DNA of 48,831 nt, filler included, from Haliotis rubra (Eukaryota), in assembly GCF_003918875.1 (NCBI RefSeq). It is 3 parts of 3 records of this genome, joined end to end, with 100 filler letters (N's around TTAATTAATTAA, not from the genome) between each part and the next. Parts side by side here need not be neighbours in the genome. Positions count along the whole stretch, not along the records: positions 34,028 to 48,831 come from NW_025767029.1; 2 more parts are not named here. One strand, 5' to 3'. Positions within the stretch are counted from its first letter, which is position 1, and each line of letters starts with the position of its first letter. Below are positions 34,028 to 45,953 of this stretch, piece by piece. The notes beneath the pieces were generated by a model. That model made no database searches and had not been told where the DNA came from. It was given only the letters and a program-made list of their open reading frames with translations. The position numbers and the translations under genes were made by a program.

Positions 34028-35269
34028 TGCATCTTGTCTTGGATATGCAGGGGTGTGAGGTGCTGGTACTACTCCCCCACCATATGGTACAAACACCAAT
34101 GTCATGAAGTAATGTTGCCAACGAAACGGCAACTCTAAGACACAGCATTAACACTACGTGAAGTTAAAGACAACATCATTATGACAGCTCTTTCAGCGAA
34201 AGTTCCGTTGGGTGACGTTAGATGGCACAGATTAGCTTTCGTAGAACAGTGTCATGGCGACAGTGTACTGCCTGTAACTAAAACAGCTTTCCGCTCCTGA
34301 TTAGGTAGTATATTGATTATTAAGTTCCCCACCTTTCTAAACACCCAGACAGCTTTTCTCTGACACTCTCAGCTGTTTTGACAGTACCTAACGGTGGTTT
34401 GTGGAATGGATGTACATTCTTACAGGAACGGGAGTTGAACTGAATGGCTAATATTTTTAGACAGTATCATACACTTGCTCACAATTTTCGTGCAAGTAAC
34501 AGAAAGGTCATATGTCATGCTTTTTTCTCTCAGGTCACACCAAAATAATGTTCAAAATGGCGATATCTCAACTGACTCACTTACCCTTGAATACAGCTAG
34601 TTAGTTGTCTTTGTGAATAAATCGAATTGGGTTAAACACAGCTTTTAACAATATTCCAGTTACATTTATCACGGCCTGTTAACCTAATATGACAGCAAAC
34701 CCAGAAGTAACGCGGGTTCCAGACGTTTACCGTTTTGGTGAAACAAGCCATGGTATCGTGCTCACACACATAGAAACATAAATGGGGCAAACCAACATTC
34801 AAACCCGCAACCATAGGTTTCTGGCACGTCCAAGGGCCGCAACTCCTACAAATCGTGGCCTGGGATGCCGACGCCAGTCTCACAATATTAGACATTGTAT
34901 ACTAGAAGAAATATACCTGGCAGGTACAGGAATCAGTACCAACAGATTTACATCAAGAATCAGTGTACTGTGTAAGGCCGGGACATTATACCCTAACAAC
35001 TCCTAACAGAATATTGTTACATATAGTACTAAGAAGATTGATGCATGAAACAGGAAGAGAACATTGATTTTCAATAAATCATGTTCTCTCGCACATGTCG
35101 TTTTCCTTAGAAAATCATTACTTAATGAGTATCCCCATCAATTATAATGTTTATATATCTTGGCCATCACCAATGCATAACCACCACAGAATGTAGTGTT
35201 GTGAAGCAATGTTATACGTTGTGCAACAATGTTTCAACTGCTATACATTGTACCTGTAGATTCGAGTAG

Positions 35270-35850
35270 GGGTACTGGTGTGTTAGATTTAGACAGATCT
35301 TCAAATGGCTTCAAGGACCTTATTCTAGGAGCATCTGCTTTAGTGTCCAACCATGATATGTTATGTACCCTCATACCATAACGCTGTCGCCACCAAACTG
35401 TCGACGCTGAACAACGCACGCTTCAGAATACCGTTCACCTCGCCGTCTGTACACCCTTGCCCTGCCATCTGAGCTGTCCAAATGAAATCTCGACTCGTCA
35501 GTGAACACAACACCATCCCTATCTTTGGACATATTGCAGGTCGTTGGGGCCGGATGTTGTGCTCCCTCAGTTTCGTACAGTCCTTGAACTGATTGGACGT
35601 AAGCCAGGAATGGTCCGAGCAGTCAAACCGGCAGTCTTGAATCGATTCCTGAGAAGGGTCAGCCGAATGTGGTTGCCTTGCTGACGTGACGTCACACGTA
35701 GACGGCCGGTCAAATCTATCGTCTTCCCATTATGTTGAAAACGTCTTCATAGAGATGAGATCGTGTTTCGATGGACACGAAAATGTCTGGCAACTTCATT
35801 TTGGGCCATTCCAGTTTCCATCATACCCACGGTCATGTCATGACATACGC
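35270..35850 (-). mobile_element. Decayed Tc1-like transposase fragment
   Basis: Minus-strand EVARHFRVHRNTISSL..HIRLTLLRNRFKTAGLTARTIPGLR..VVFTDESRFHL..ARVYRRRGERY..FGGDSVMV. Confidence 0.85.
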
Positions 35851-36287
35851 GCAGTTTATGTTGAAATTAACGTGTTTTCCACAACAGTCAGAGGCTAGAG
35901 AATAATCAACCGTTCTTCAATTTCCAATATCAGGTGTGTGAACTCCAGTTGTCAAAAAGCATGCAAAAAGTGAGTAAGTCCATTGATCACAAAGTGCACG
36001 TGTCACGCGCCATACGTGACATCAACCCATGGCCCCGAGGGACCAGTGAACAACGTATTTATCTTACTGAACACCTCAATGGTAATTTTGAACTGTTTGA
36101 AGCACGGTATTGGATCGTAATAAGGAGTACCGGAGTTAGGCAACACTCCAAACCTTACTAACACGAAGTACCAAACGAAATCCCACAGTTCGGCATTTCT
36201 AGAGGGTAACATAGAAACTGTTACTCGGGGTTACTTGTACGGTACATTGATTGGGTCAGCCAATCAGAAAACGACATTTATGTGTGA

Positions 36288-36448
36288 CTGACTGAGTTTG
36301 GTTTTACGCCGCTTTTAGCAATATTCCAGCAACATCACGGCGGGGACACCAGAAATGGGCTTCACACATTGTACCCATGTGGGGATTCGAACACGGGTTT
36401 TCGGCGTGACGAGCCAACGCTTTAACCACTAGGCTACCCCACCCCCCC
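36288..36448 (-). mobile_element. SINE family 1 with TSD
   Basis: TSD ATTTATGTGTGA; (CAGT)n tail. Confidence 0.93.
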
Positions 36449-37209
36449 ATTTATGTGTGAGGTAAGATAAAGGGAGTTGCACATTGTATGTGCTGGATCC
36501 AGTTCCCTTACATAAGAAAGTTTTGCAACCAGATTTGCTACATCATTAAAATGAAAGAAATGACTTCCATTGGTCAAGAGATGACCCTCGACAAAAGGCA
36601 GTAGAAGTCACTCTAGTTGTATCAGTAATCAGTTGTTATCACCATGCTCGATTGTCGGGGGTATTGTACCAGTATCACCACCTTGCACTCCCCTCTGGAT
36701 CCGCCTATGGCATGTTCGTTTGCTGCCGGAACACACTGAACTCTCAGTCCAATCAAAATACACTCAGGAGCACAGAACAGTGCTGGGACGTTACTTCCAA
36801 AATGAAACGTTGCTGGTGAATAGGTCATGGTTATTTAACATTATAGAATGAGGATATAATACGCTAGATAGTCGAAGATGTCATATCACATAACGTCAAT
36901 GTAAACTCTTCATGACATCAGATGACTTGTCTACTAACGGGTTGTTCGCCTACGTAACGGGTTTGATAATCTTGCCTTTGAAAGTTTTGTATTACCACGG
37001 AAGGAAATTGCAAGGTTCTGCTGGCCGTCGTTGTCTATTAGCCTGTTTGTACTCATTCATCACTACCAGGACCAGTGTCAGACGAGGACACTAATGCAAC
37101 CTTTACTATCCTAGACTTCCCGCTTTTAGATAGGTATTCCGGTCGGCCATAACTACCGGAATAACAATGTCTCTGTGCTTTATGTGAAAACGAAACAGAG
37201 TGATATTTG

Positions 37210-37915
37210 CCGTTGCACAGCGGCGTCCGTCCAAAGGGTTGTCCAGTGATCTCTGTCTAAACCGGTGCCCTGTGATCTCTGTCTATACCAGTGTACAGCA
37301 GTCTCCGCCCAAAGGTTTGTCCAGTGATCTCTGTCTAAACCGGTGTACAGCGGTGTCCGTCTAAAGGGTTGTACAGTGTCCTCTGTCTAAACCGGTGTAC
37401 AGCGGTGTCCGTCTAAAGGGTTGTACAGTGAGTGTTCTCTGTCTAAGCCGGTGTACAGTGATCTCTGTCTAAACCCGTGTACAGCGGTGTCTATTTAAAG
37501 GGTTGTACAGTGTTCTCTGTCTAAACCGGTGTACAGTGGTCTCTGTCTAAACCGGTAAACAGCGGTGTCCGTCTAAACCGGTGTACAGTGATCTTTGTCT
37601 AAATTGGTGTACAGCGGTGTCCGTCTAAAGGATTGCACAGTGTTCTCTGTCTAAACCGGTGTACATTGATCTCTGTCTAAACCGGTGTATTGTGGGCTCT
37701 GTAAAAAAACGATTTACAGTTGTCGCCGTTTAAAGAGGTGTACAGTGGGCTCTGCCTAAACGGTTGTACATTCAGCTCTGTCTAAACGGTTGTACAGTGA
37801 GCTCTGTCAAAACGGTTGTACATTGAGTTCTGTCTAAAGTGTTGTACATTCAGCTATGTCTAAATGGCTGTACAGTGGGATCTGTCTAAAGGATTGTACA
37901 TTCAGCTCTAACTAA
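37210..37915. repeat. 26-27-bp minisatellite with variant subunits
   Basis: Units such as TGTACAGTGATCTCTGTCTAAACCGG and TGTACAGCGGTGTCCGTCTAAAGGGT. Confidence 0.92.
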
Positions 37916-38122
37916 ACCATCATCATCCAGCAAAGTTGCCAGTTCAGACACAATACCGTACTATTCAGTTTGCCAAGTAGTATTGGGCCGTTATACTATC
38001 AGCCTTTTTGTCCTAACAACACACTGCTTGTGTCGAAGTACGAATTCGACGTATCATCGATGGTGATCGGAAGTTCGAGTGAATGGGTTTTACTCAACTC
38101 ACGAACATAGTTTTTCACTTAC

Positions 38123-38324
38123 CAAACGCAAGCTTGTGTCTTCTAACAATGAATCTGCAAAATGCTATGGTTTTGACAGGTTTCAGTTCCGTCTGTGACG
38201 TGGTATCACTCTCCTGGTTTTCCCCTTGTCCTTCCATCCTCTTACTGTTGAAATCTTTGTCTCCCTCAGAGTTTTCCTGGCCTAACGTCACTTCGATTGT
38301 TTGAGGGGTAGAGTTGTCTCCCAT
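38123..38324 (-). CDS. Probable first coding exon of an unidentified gene
   Basis: Strong acceptor (ttccttttcccatttcag, exon start 38384), in-frame TGA two codons before ATCATGG, 67 codons MGDNSTPQ..KTIAFCRFIVRRHKLAF, canonical GTAAGT donor; downstream exons not identified. Confidence 0.45.
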
Positions 38325-38555
38325 GATTCAATATGGCGGTCTCGTTGTCAGAGGTTGAAATCTTTAAAGCTCTGTTTCCAATACCTGAAATGGGAAAAGG
38401 AAGAAGTTTTTATCTGGAGCTGAAGTGGCCACATTATGCATAAACTCTCATTCCCAAACTGCACACGTTATTCCATTGTAGAAGTGTGTTGCTACCATAG
38501 GGATTAATTACATGGGAAAGCGGTAGGGTAACATTTTAATTCTTTGTTTGTCGTG

Positions 38556-38772
38556 GACCCGTGAAGACCCGGATCAGAACTGGTCCTCAGCAACCCATGC
38601 TTGTCGTGAGAGCCGACTGACAGGATCGGGTGGTTGGGCCCGCTGACTTGGTTGACACATGTCATTGTATCCCAACTGCGTAGATCGATGTCCATGCTAT
38701 TAGTCACTGTATTGTATTATTTACAGCCAGTCACCATATTGGAATCTTGCTGAGTGCGGCGTTCAAACAAAC
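38556..38772 (+). mobile_element. Family-2 short retroelement
   Basis: GACCCGTGAAGACCCGGATCAGAACTGGTCCTCAGCAACCCATGCTTGTCG..(CAAA) tail. Confidence 0.85.
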
Positions 38773-39567
38773 AATTGTTTGTCGTGAGTACTTTGTATAA
38801 TTGAATATATATTAGTTGTTCGTTATTTGGTACAAAGATGAGAAGTACGGATTACAAATTTAAGAGGACGGATGTACCATTATAAGAAATAATTGAACAT
38901 GTCAAGGGTATGTGTTACGTTGTCTGTGTCCTAAATGGAACAGAGACAGATAAACATCGATGCAAAACACGTTAGTGGTTTCTGTTTTTTGCGTGATGGT
39001 TCAGATTAATCGCGTGATTGGTTTGCTTTTCTGCATCAATTGTCCGGGTTTCCGCACGAATGTTCCGGGTTCGTGCGTAACTCTGTGTCAGCATGTATCC
39101 TGCTGGTTGCATGCAGTCAGCTACCCAGGGAAGCACATGCTTGATGTTCGCAATTTGCCAATACATCTGCTTTAAGTGTACTGATATATTCGACGATACT
39201 ACACTATTTGTGAGAAAAGGTATAATTGTTATATCTTTGTTATAGGAACATCAGTTCTAATGAACCCTCATTATAGGGTTACAGCTTTTTGTCATAATAA
39301 TGTAATATCGTTATATCATAATAGGGTTAATATCCACGTGTTGAACATTATTGCGAGACCACCAGCTAACAATTCACATATTGTGTACTTGTTAACACCC
39401 CCTAACCTATGCTTGGACGTGTTGCACGTGGAGTAATGTGGCTGTACAGTAACTGTGGATGAAATATCACGATACTTGTTGCCACACAAACCTAATCTTC
39501 CATGGGATTAAAGTCCCCACCAAGTATTCCGTTAACTTGTTTGAGTGGCATTCAGAAGTTGGTGTGA

Positions 39568-39826
39568 TGAACAACGAGGAGAGTTCTATGGATATACAAC
39601 TTCTTTAATATAAAGTGAGCGACGTTTCGGTGTAGCTACTAACACCGTAATGAGTCGCTCACCGAAACGTCGCTCATTTTATATTATCCGCCGTCTTTAT
39701 GGACACGTGGCAGTTTCAGCCATTAACAAACTCCACAGCTTGATAACGATGTTAGTAGCTACACCGAAACGTCGCTCACTTTATATTACAGAAGTTGTAT
39801 ATTCATAGAACTCTCCTCGTTGTTCA
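39568..39826. mobile_element. Penelope-like element pseudo-LTR fragments in inverted arrangement
   Basis: About 80-bp inverted arms 39568-39648 and 39746-39826 containing CACCGAAACGTCGCTC; third partial copy 39660-39686. Confidence 0.65.
39737..39776 (+). ncRNA. Minimal type-I hammerhead ribozyme motif (U3-A8 variant)
   Basis: AGC-TTGATAA-C-G(A/G)TGT[TAGTAGCT]ACACC-GAAA-CGTC-GCT: stem I AGC/GCT, core UUGAUAA, stem II, GAAA, palindromic ACGT stem III, GUC cleavage triplet. Confidence 0.55.
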
Positions 39827-40250
39827 AGTATTCCGTTACTTTGTTTACGAATCCGCCAAAATACTTGGTGCCACACAAACCTGATCTCCCATGGGATTAA
39901 AGTCCCCACCAGTGAACATGTCATTTCGATAACACTTGAAGATATAACAACGACACTCGCATGTCTTTATTGGTACATCAAGAATGTTCAGGCATTTAAT
40001 GTATGACATTTAATCACTAAAACGCAAATTGATAAATTAAGACATTGCATTGATAATGAATTTTCTTCAATAGACTAAACTGCATTGGACATAGGATCCT
40101 TCATGGCCTGGCGGCATGTTGTGCGTCATGCTAGTTCCTTGTGGAAGTAGTCAGATGGGAAACGCTATGGAAAAGTACGCAAGGACGTAATGTAAGCATT
40201 AGATTGAATGATGCATCCACGGTCGCGTGGAGCCAGTTTCGTTTGCAAGA

Positions 40251-40420
40251 CTGACTGACTGACTGAGTTTGGTTTTACGCCGCTTTTAGCAATATTCCAG
40301 CAACATCACGGCGGGGGACACCAGAAATGGGCTTCACACATTGTGCCCATGTGGGGATTCGAACCCGGGTCTTCGGCGTGACGAGCCAACGCTTTAACCA
40401 TTAGGCTACCCCACCGCCCC
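40251..40420 (-). mobile_element. SINE family 1, near-consensus, 12-bp TSD
   Basis: TSD TCGTTTGCAAGA; (CAGT)n tail. Confidence 0.95.
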
Positions 40421-42304
40421 TCGTTTGCAAGAAAATCTTCAACATTTTAATAACTGTAAGTGAAAGCGAGAGAAACATTTTCATCACAAATACATGGGAA
40501 GGCAAATAAACTGTTCTCCTCAAAAGTAGGGAAATGCAATACACGTATTGCACGTGACTCGTGCATCCAAATGTCAAGTTATTTCCGTTTTGTCGATAGA
40601 ATACAAAAATGAATTAACATGAAATTACAGATACAAACGCTCCATGAATTAAAAGTCCGTCGGGAGATCAAAGCTATAATATGTTTACTATGAAATCAAT
40701 ACAATATTGATAATTTGAATGCCATGTAGGATCGATATTGGTATAAATTTCGACCAGAGAATTAGTCATGTAACTGTACCGAGCATTTTGAGATGAGCTA
40801 CATTCACCGGCTGTTGTACGGTATTCCGGAGACCTCTGGACGTTCTGGGCCCATTGATTCCTCGCTCTGTCACCTGCCTGTTGTGGTCTATTGCCAGTTA
40901 TGTGAGCGATGTAGTCTTGAAACGCAATCTGCCTGTTCCTAAAGTCTTTCCTGCCACAGATAGCCAGGGGCATTAATGATGCTACCTTAAACAGTATCCA
41001 ATAACCCAGATCTTAATTAAAGGGCATGTATGGCAAAATGTAATTTGCGATTTTCTTGCTGATATAATTTCCCTCTATTTCCAAGCGAAAAATAAATATT
41101 AATAGACGTATACAAATGATTATTGCTGAATCTGTAGTATATATACTGGACAAAAATAGTTAGGGATATATGTAAATTTTGAAATTATGAATACTGACCT
41201 CTTTATTCATTACACACTGATAAAATATCAATCATAAAATAACAATATCCCTAACTTATTTTGTCCAGTAAAATAGTATCTTTCTAACAATGTGATAATA
41301 TCATACCTTAAGTAAACGATAATATTTTAACTGTATAATTGCTAATAATGAAATATGTTTCACATTAATGTTGAATAAATATTTCCTGTAAATAATGAAT
41401 ACTTCAAAGTGTGAATGTCTGTATGATTTGATGATGGATAAACCTGTCCTCAAGATGGTTGTCAGACCATTGTCTCCTCCGTGTTAATGGAAGGTAACTG
41501 TCGGTTCACTAACCAACATTGATTCATCTTGGTACAAGCTGTCTGGCAACTGGGCGTAGGAGGCCACCAAAATGCCATATCATATTTAGTTCTGTGTTTG
41601 AAACCAACTTTGATCTTGACATTGTGAGTAATCAGATGTCGCTACCTAGCTTTTTGACGACCATCCTGTTTGGATACAATAAACCAATTCCATCAATGAA
41701 TGTCTGTTATTGATTGACGCCCAAGGTAGACATTTATTATCGAAGGATGTGCAAACGGAAAAGTCCTGTAAAGCAATTTAAAAATCCGAGGCGGTAGCAG
41801 CCAGGATTTGTGAAATTCAAAATTTCCACTGCTAGTTCAACACTGTTTTAACTCAAGTGGCGTGTTTCCATATGGGGAACACTTTCGCCTGTCCTTTTTC
41901 ATCGCCTGCTATCTTATTTTCCCCGTTTTTCAAATAAATATTTTTGGGAAGCAGTGTCATTGAAAACTGCAAAATTGCTATGTTGGATCACTTGCCCTTT
42001 AAGCTCGTTTCTGTTCAGTGTGACAGTTGAGTTAAAAACTGATCCCCTGGTAATCCGTCTGACGGTGCTCCCAGTTTGTTTGCATTTCTTTTAATGTTTC
42101 CCTTGTGTCTCGTCATCAAATAAATGACGAGTTAAGTTGTCACGAAGCTTTTTGGCGTTATCATCATCATCATCATCATCATCATAATCATCATGATTAC
42201 CATGTGTCATTGTGATATTGCTGGAATATTGCTAAAGGCGGCGTAAAACCGAACTTCCTCACTCACTATCATTAATCAGCTAATGTCATTTAGGCAGTTA
42301 TCCC

Positions 42305-43033
42305 TGATGTTGTCCCTCAATTCAGTCAATCAGACAGCACACTGCCCCCGCCAGATTGCCACTGTTGTCCCTCAACTCAGTCAGTCAGACAGCACATTGC
42401 ATCCACCAGATTGCCACTGTTGTCTGACAATTCAGTCAATCAGACAGCACATTGCCCCCGTCAGATTGCCACTGTTGTCCCTCAACTCAGTCAGTCAGAT
42501 AGCACCCTGCATCCACCAGATTGCCACTGTTGTCTAACAATTCAGTCAATCAGACAGCACATTGCATCCACCAGATTGCCACTGTTGTCCCTCAACTCAG
42601 TCAGTCAGATAGCACCCTGCATCCACCAGATTGCCACTGTTGTCCGACAATTCAGTCGATCAGACAGCACATTGCCCCCGTCAGATTGCCACTGTTGTCC
42701 CTCAACTCAGTCAGTCAGATAGCACCCTGCATCCACCAGATTGCCACTGTTGTCCGACAATTCAGTCAATCAGACAGCACATTGCCCCCGTCAGATTGCC
42801 ACTGTTGTCCCTCAACTCAGTCAGTCAGATAGCACCCTGCATCCACCAGATTGCCACTGTTGTCCGACAATTCAGTCGATCAGACAGCACATTGCCCCCG
42901 TCAGATTGCCACTGTTGTCCATCAACTCAGTCAGTCAGATAGCACCATGCATTCGCCCGATTGCCACTGTTCTCCGATAATGCATGCAGTTCATCAGACA
43001 GAGCATTGCCCCCGTCAGATTGCCACTGTTGTC
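42305..43033. repeat. 55-bp minisatellite with 110-bp higher-order dimer
   Basis: Alternating GATTGCCACTGTTGTCCCTCAACTCAGTCAGTCAGATAGCACCCTGCATCCACCA and GATTGCCACTGTTGTCCGACAATTCAGTCAATCAGACAGCACATTGCCCCCGTCA. Confidence 0.95.
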
Positions 43034-43087
43034 ACATCACAGACGCATCTTGGTACTAATCTCGTTGTACAATCAGTGACCATATAA

Positions 43088-45953
43088 AAATCTAGACATT
43101 TGCAATGTACTGTATATTGTTGTTAAATGTTATCGTTAACATATATTTCAAATATGAACGAAATCGATGAAGAAATGAATATTTTAGAAAATCCTACCGC
43201 TGCACTCATTACATAACATACACAAGGGTTGACACTCACTATGCTAAAAACCTGATCGAAAACCGGACAGCCCGATTATTTCAACGCGCGGTTCAATCAA
43301 ACCTTACGTTTTTCACACAAATGTTGTGTTAGCTTGTAGGTCATTATTTTACCTTTCTGCTCATTTTTTCATTTGTCTAACTGCATTCCATATTTGGCCA
43401 CTGATCCTCGCATTAGCACTACCCTCTGCTTTGAACAAACGTCTAGCCTCTCTTCGGTAAACATCGATAGTTTCCGTAGATTTTTTAGCGATTTGGAAAC
43501 GGCTCAGTCTGGTTCCCGGGGTCTGCTGCGCTAACCCTTCGACACATGGATCTGAAATATCGCCGTTTATGTCCCGTATCTTCCATCGTTACAGGTTAGA
43601 TTTTGCGGATATATGTTTCGATCGCCTGGTGAAATAACTAGGGAAAGCGTTTAGATCCATATGAATAATGTTAAAGCCTATTTTTGTTAATATGAAAAGC
43701 CATTAACTATTTCTTTTTTTCTATTGCATAATGATAAATTTCAATCCATTGTTTTTTAAACTGTGGTTGTGCTTGTAAAATTGTCAACTCTCAGTGACAT
43801 AATACAGAAAAATATATTCCTTACTTTGAGTTACTTTGGCACATATCATAGATCCATCTATGTGCATACTTTTTTCACAGAATGTTGTCACATTATAGGT
43901 CTGAATAGGTTTGCAAAACAACATTAAAAAAGTATACCAATATTGTTCAGAAATGTTTATGATTGCAATAAACATTGTGAATCAAATGATCTGTACACAA
44001 AAATACACACAAATATAGTGTTCCATACAATGAATTTGACACATTATTTCACTAAACTGAATATATAAAAATACAAAGTATGATCAGTATGTTAATACAT
44101 TACCAAAAAAATACATACAATCCCTTAAAAGTACATATCTTTGAAGATGAACTTTTTAGACAGATGGACATTCCACTGTTTATAGTTTTTACTAATGACA
44201 CCTGTTTTGAGTAACCCAACTTTTATGGTATGAAGCCTGTTTCAGAGTATGCATTTGCTATATATTACTCATTTAGAACATGATGACCCTGGTGATGTTA
44301 GAATAGATCTGATACGTATCAATAATCACATAATTTGATATCACCAATTGTTCAGTCAGACAGCAGTTAACAAGTTTAATTAAATGCTGCAATGGACTCT
44401 TTTCGCTTTATTATATTTTGCAGCAGTGCATACATACATACATTTCAACACACAATCAGTGATTTGGCTTTGAATTTAGAAGAACGTGATCTGAATGTGT
44501 TGACCAGTTAACTATTAAGTATAGGGGACCTAAAAATTGTAAAGTTATTTAACAGTACCTGTCAGCATAAAATGTGTAAATGGTTTCTCAAAATGTGAAA
44601 ACAACAAACAATGCTATGGTTTGGGGAGAATGTGGCAGAACCCCTCTCCAACTTGTCAACACCACAAGGGATATTAAGTATTGGCGCAGGCTACGATATT
44701 TGGATGAACACGGACTGCCTCGCCAATGCTACCTAATGGAAGATTCTGGCCCTACCACGTGGGCTACTCATATTAAAAATATTCTGTTTAGACTTGGATT
44801 TGAATATGTGTGGTTAACACAAGATGTGGTTAATGTGAAGATATTTATTCACCTTGATTATTTGACAACCTACAGCAATCATGGTGTAGTTCTGTCAACA
44901 GTTTATCTAATTCCTTCTATTAACATTTCATAATGTGTCCGTTTTCCTATTACATAAAAACTGCAGCTGTATCTGGGGTTGAGTGGGGTGGGGAATAGGG
45001 TACATTCAGCTTTATATATACCATAGTAGTCATGTGATTCCATATCCAGTAGCCAACATACCAATGGTCTGACGTGTAATCAACTTCACGGTAGCATATC
45101 GCAGATGTTGCCATACCATGACTATTGTTATACTGTTTAAGATGAATGCCTATTGCATCACCGTGATCAACCCCATGCAAAATGGAAGAATAGATATGGA
45201 TGTTATATTGAAATGATATACGCCAAATGAATACAAATAATAAGCATATTATTCTTTATTATAAAGCGCATACATTGTTAAAAATACACGATTGAATTAC
45301 TCAGTTCTGTGTTTCAAATGTATGAGTTTTATTTATTATTTATAATATTATGTGGTAACAACCATTTCCTAGATACTATTAGTGGGCGTTCATTTTATTT
45401 CCAGCATACAACAGGAGAAATGGGGCCAAATCATCGAATTATACGTCATCAAATTTGTTAAATTAAAGAACTATATTCAATCCATGTTTTTTTAGTACGA
45501 TTTCGAGACAAAAGCGAGCTGAAACGAAATATCAACGCACATGTCGGTGTTGAAAATGGGGTCAGTGTTATTGTTTACAATTCGCCCATGTAACGATTTT
45601 CGTGTCTCGGCACTGCTTAAATAACGTTTCCGTACAGTAAAAGATGTACGGAAATTGGCGATGTTTACCGCAGAGGGACCACACGTTTGTTCAAAGCATG
45701 AGGGTGGTGCTAATGCGAGGGTCAGTGGTCAAATATGAAATACAATTGAATACGATGAGCAGAAAGGTAAAAGAATGACCCACAAGCTCAACACAATTTT
45801 TGGGGGTCAAAAACGTAAGGTTGGATTGAACCGCATGTTGAAATAATCGGGCTGTCCGGCTTTCGATCAGGTTTTTAGCATCGCGAGTGTCAACCCTTGT
45901 GTATTTTATCAGAGTGTATTGCACACCGAACTTAGTACAATATACGTCTAGAT
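43088..45953. mobile_element. Old element with long imperfect inverted repeats (probable DNA transposon)
   Basis: 43219-43478 is reverse-complementary to 45647-45904; outer AAATCTAGA..TGTACT motif mirrored at 45933-45953; TSD not resolved. Confidence 0.55.
44560..44930 (+). mobile_element. LINE ORF2 C-terminal fragment
   Basis: TTNNAMVWGECGRTPL..IKYWRRL..LPRQCY..TWATHIKNILFRLGFEYVW, typical post-RT region of CR1/L2-group LINEs. Confidence 0.75.

Noticed and set aside
40674-40973. 99-aa ORF, and ORFs at 36622-36828 and 36003-36212, as exons of the unidentified gene
   Set aside because: No recognisable homology or convincing splice and phase linkage.
42305-43033. CRISPR-like array or Cys-rich protein ORFs (also 4666-4984, 37210-37915)
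   Set aside because: Head-to-tail repeats without unique spacers, no cas genes, eukaryotic context; unit length 55 is not a multiple of 3, so the ORFs are artefacts.
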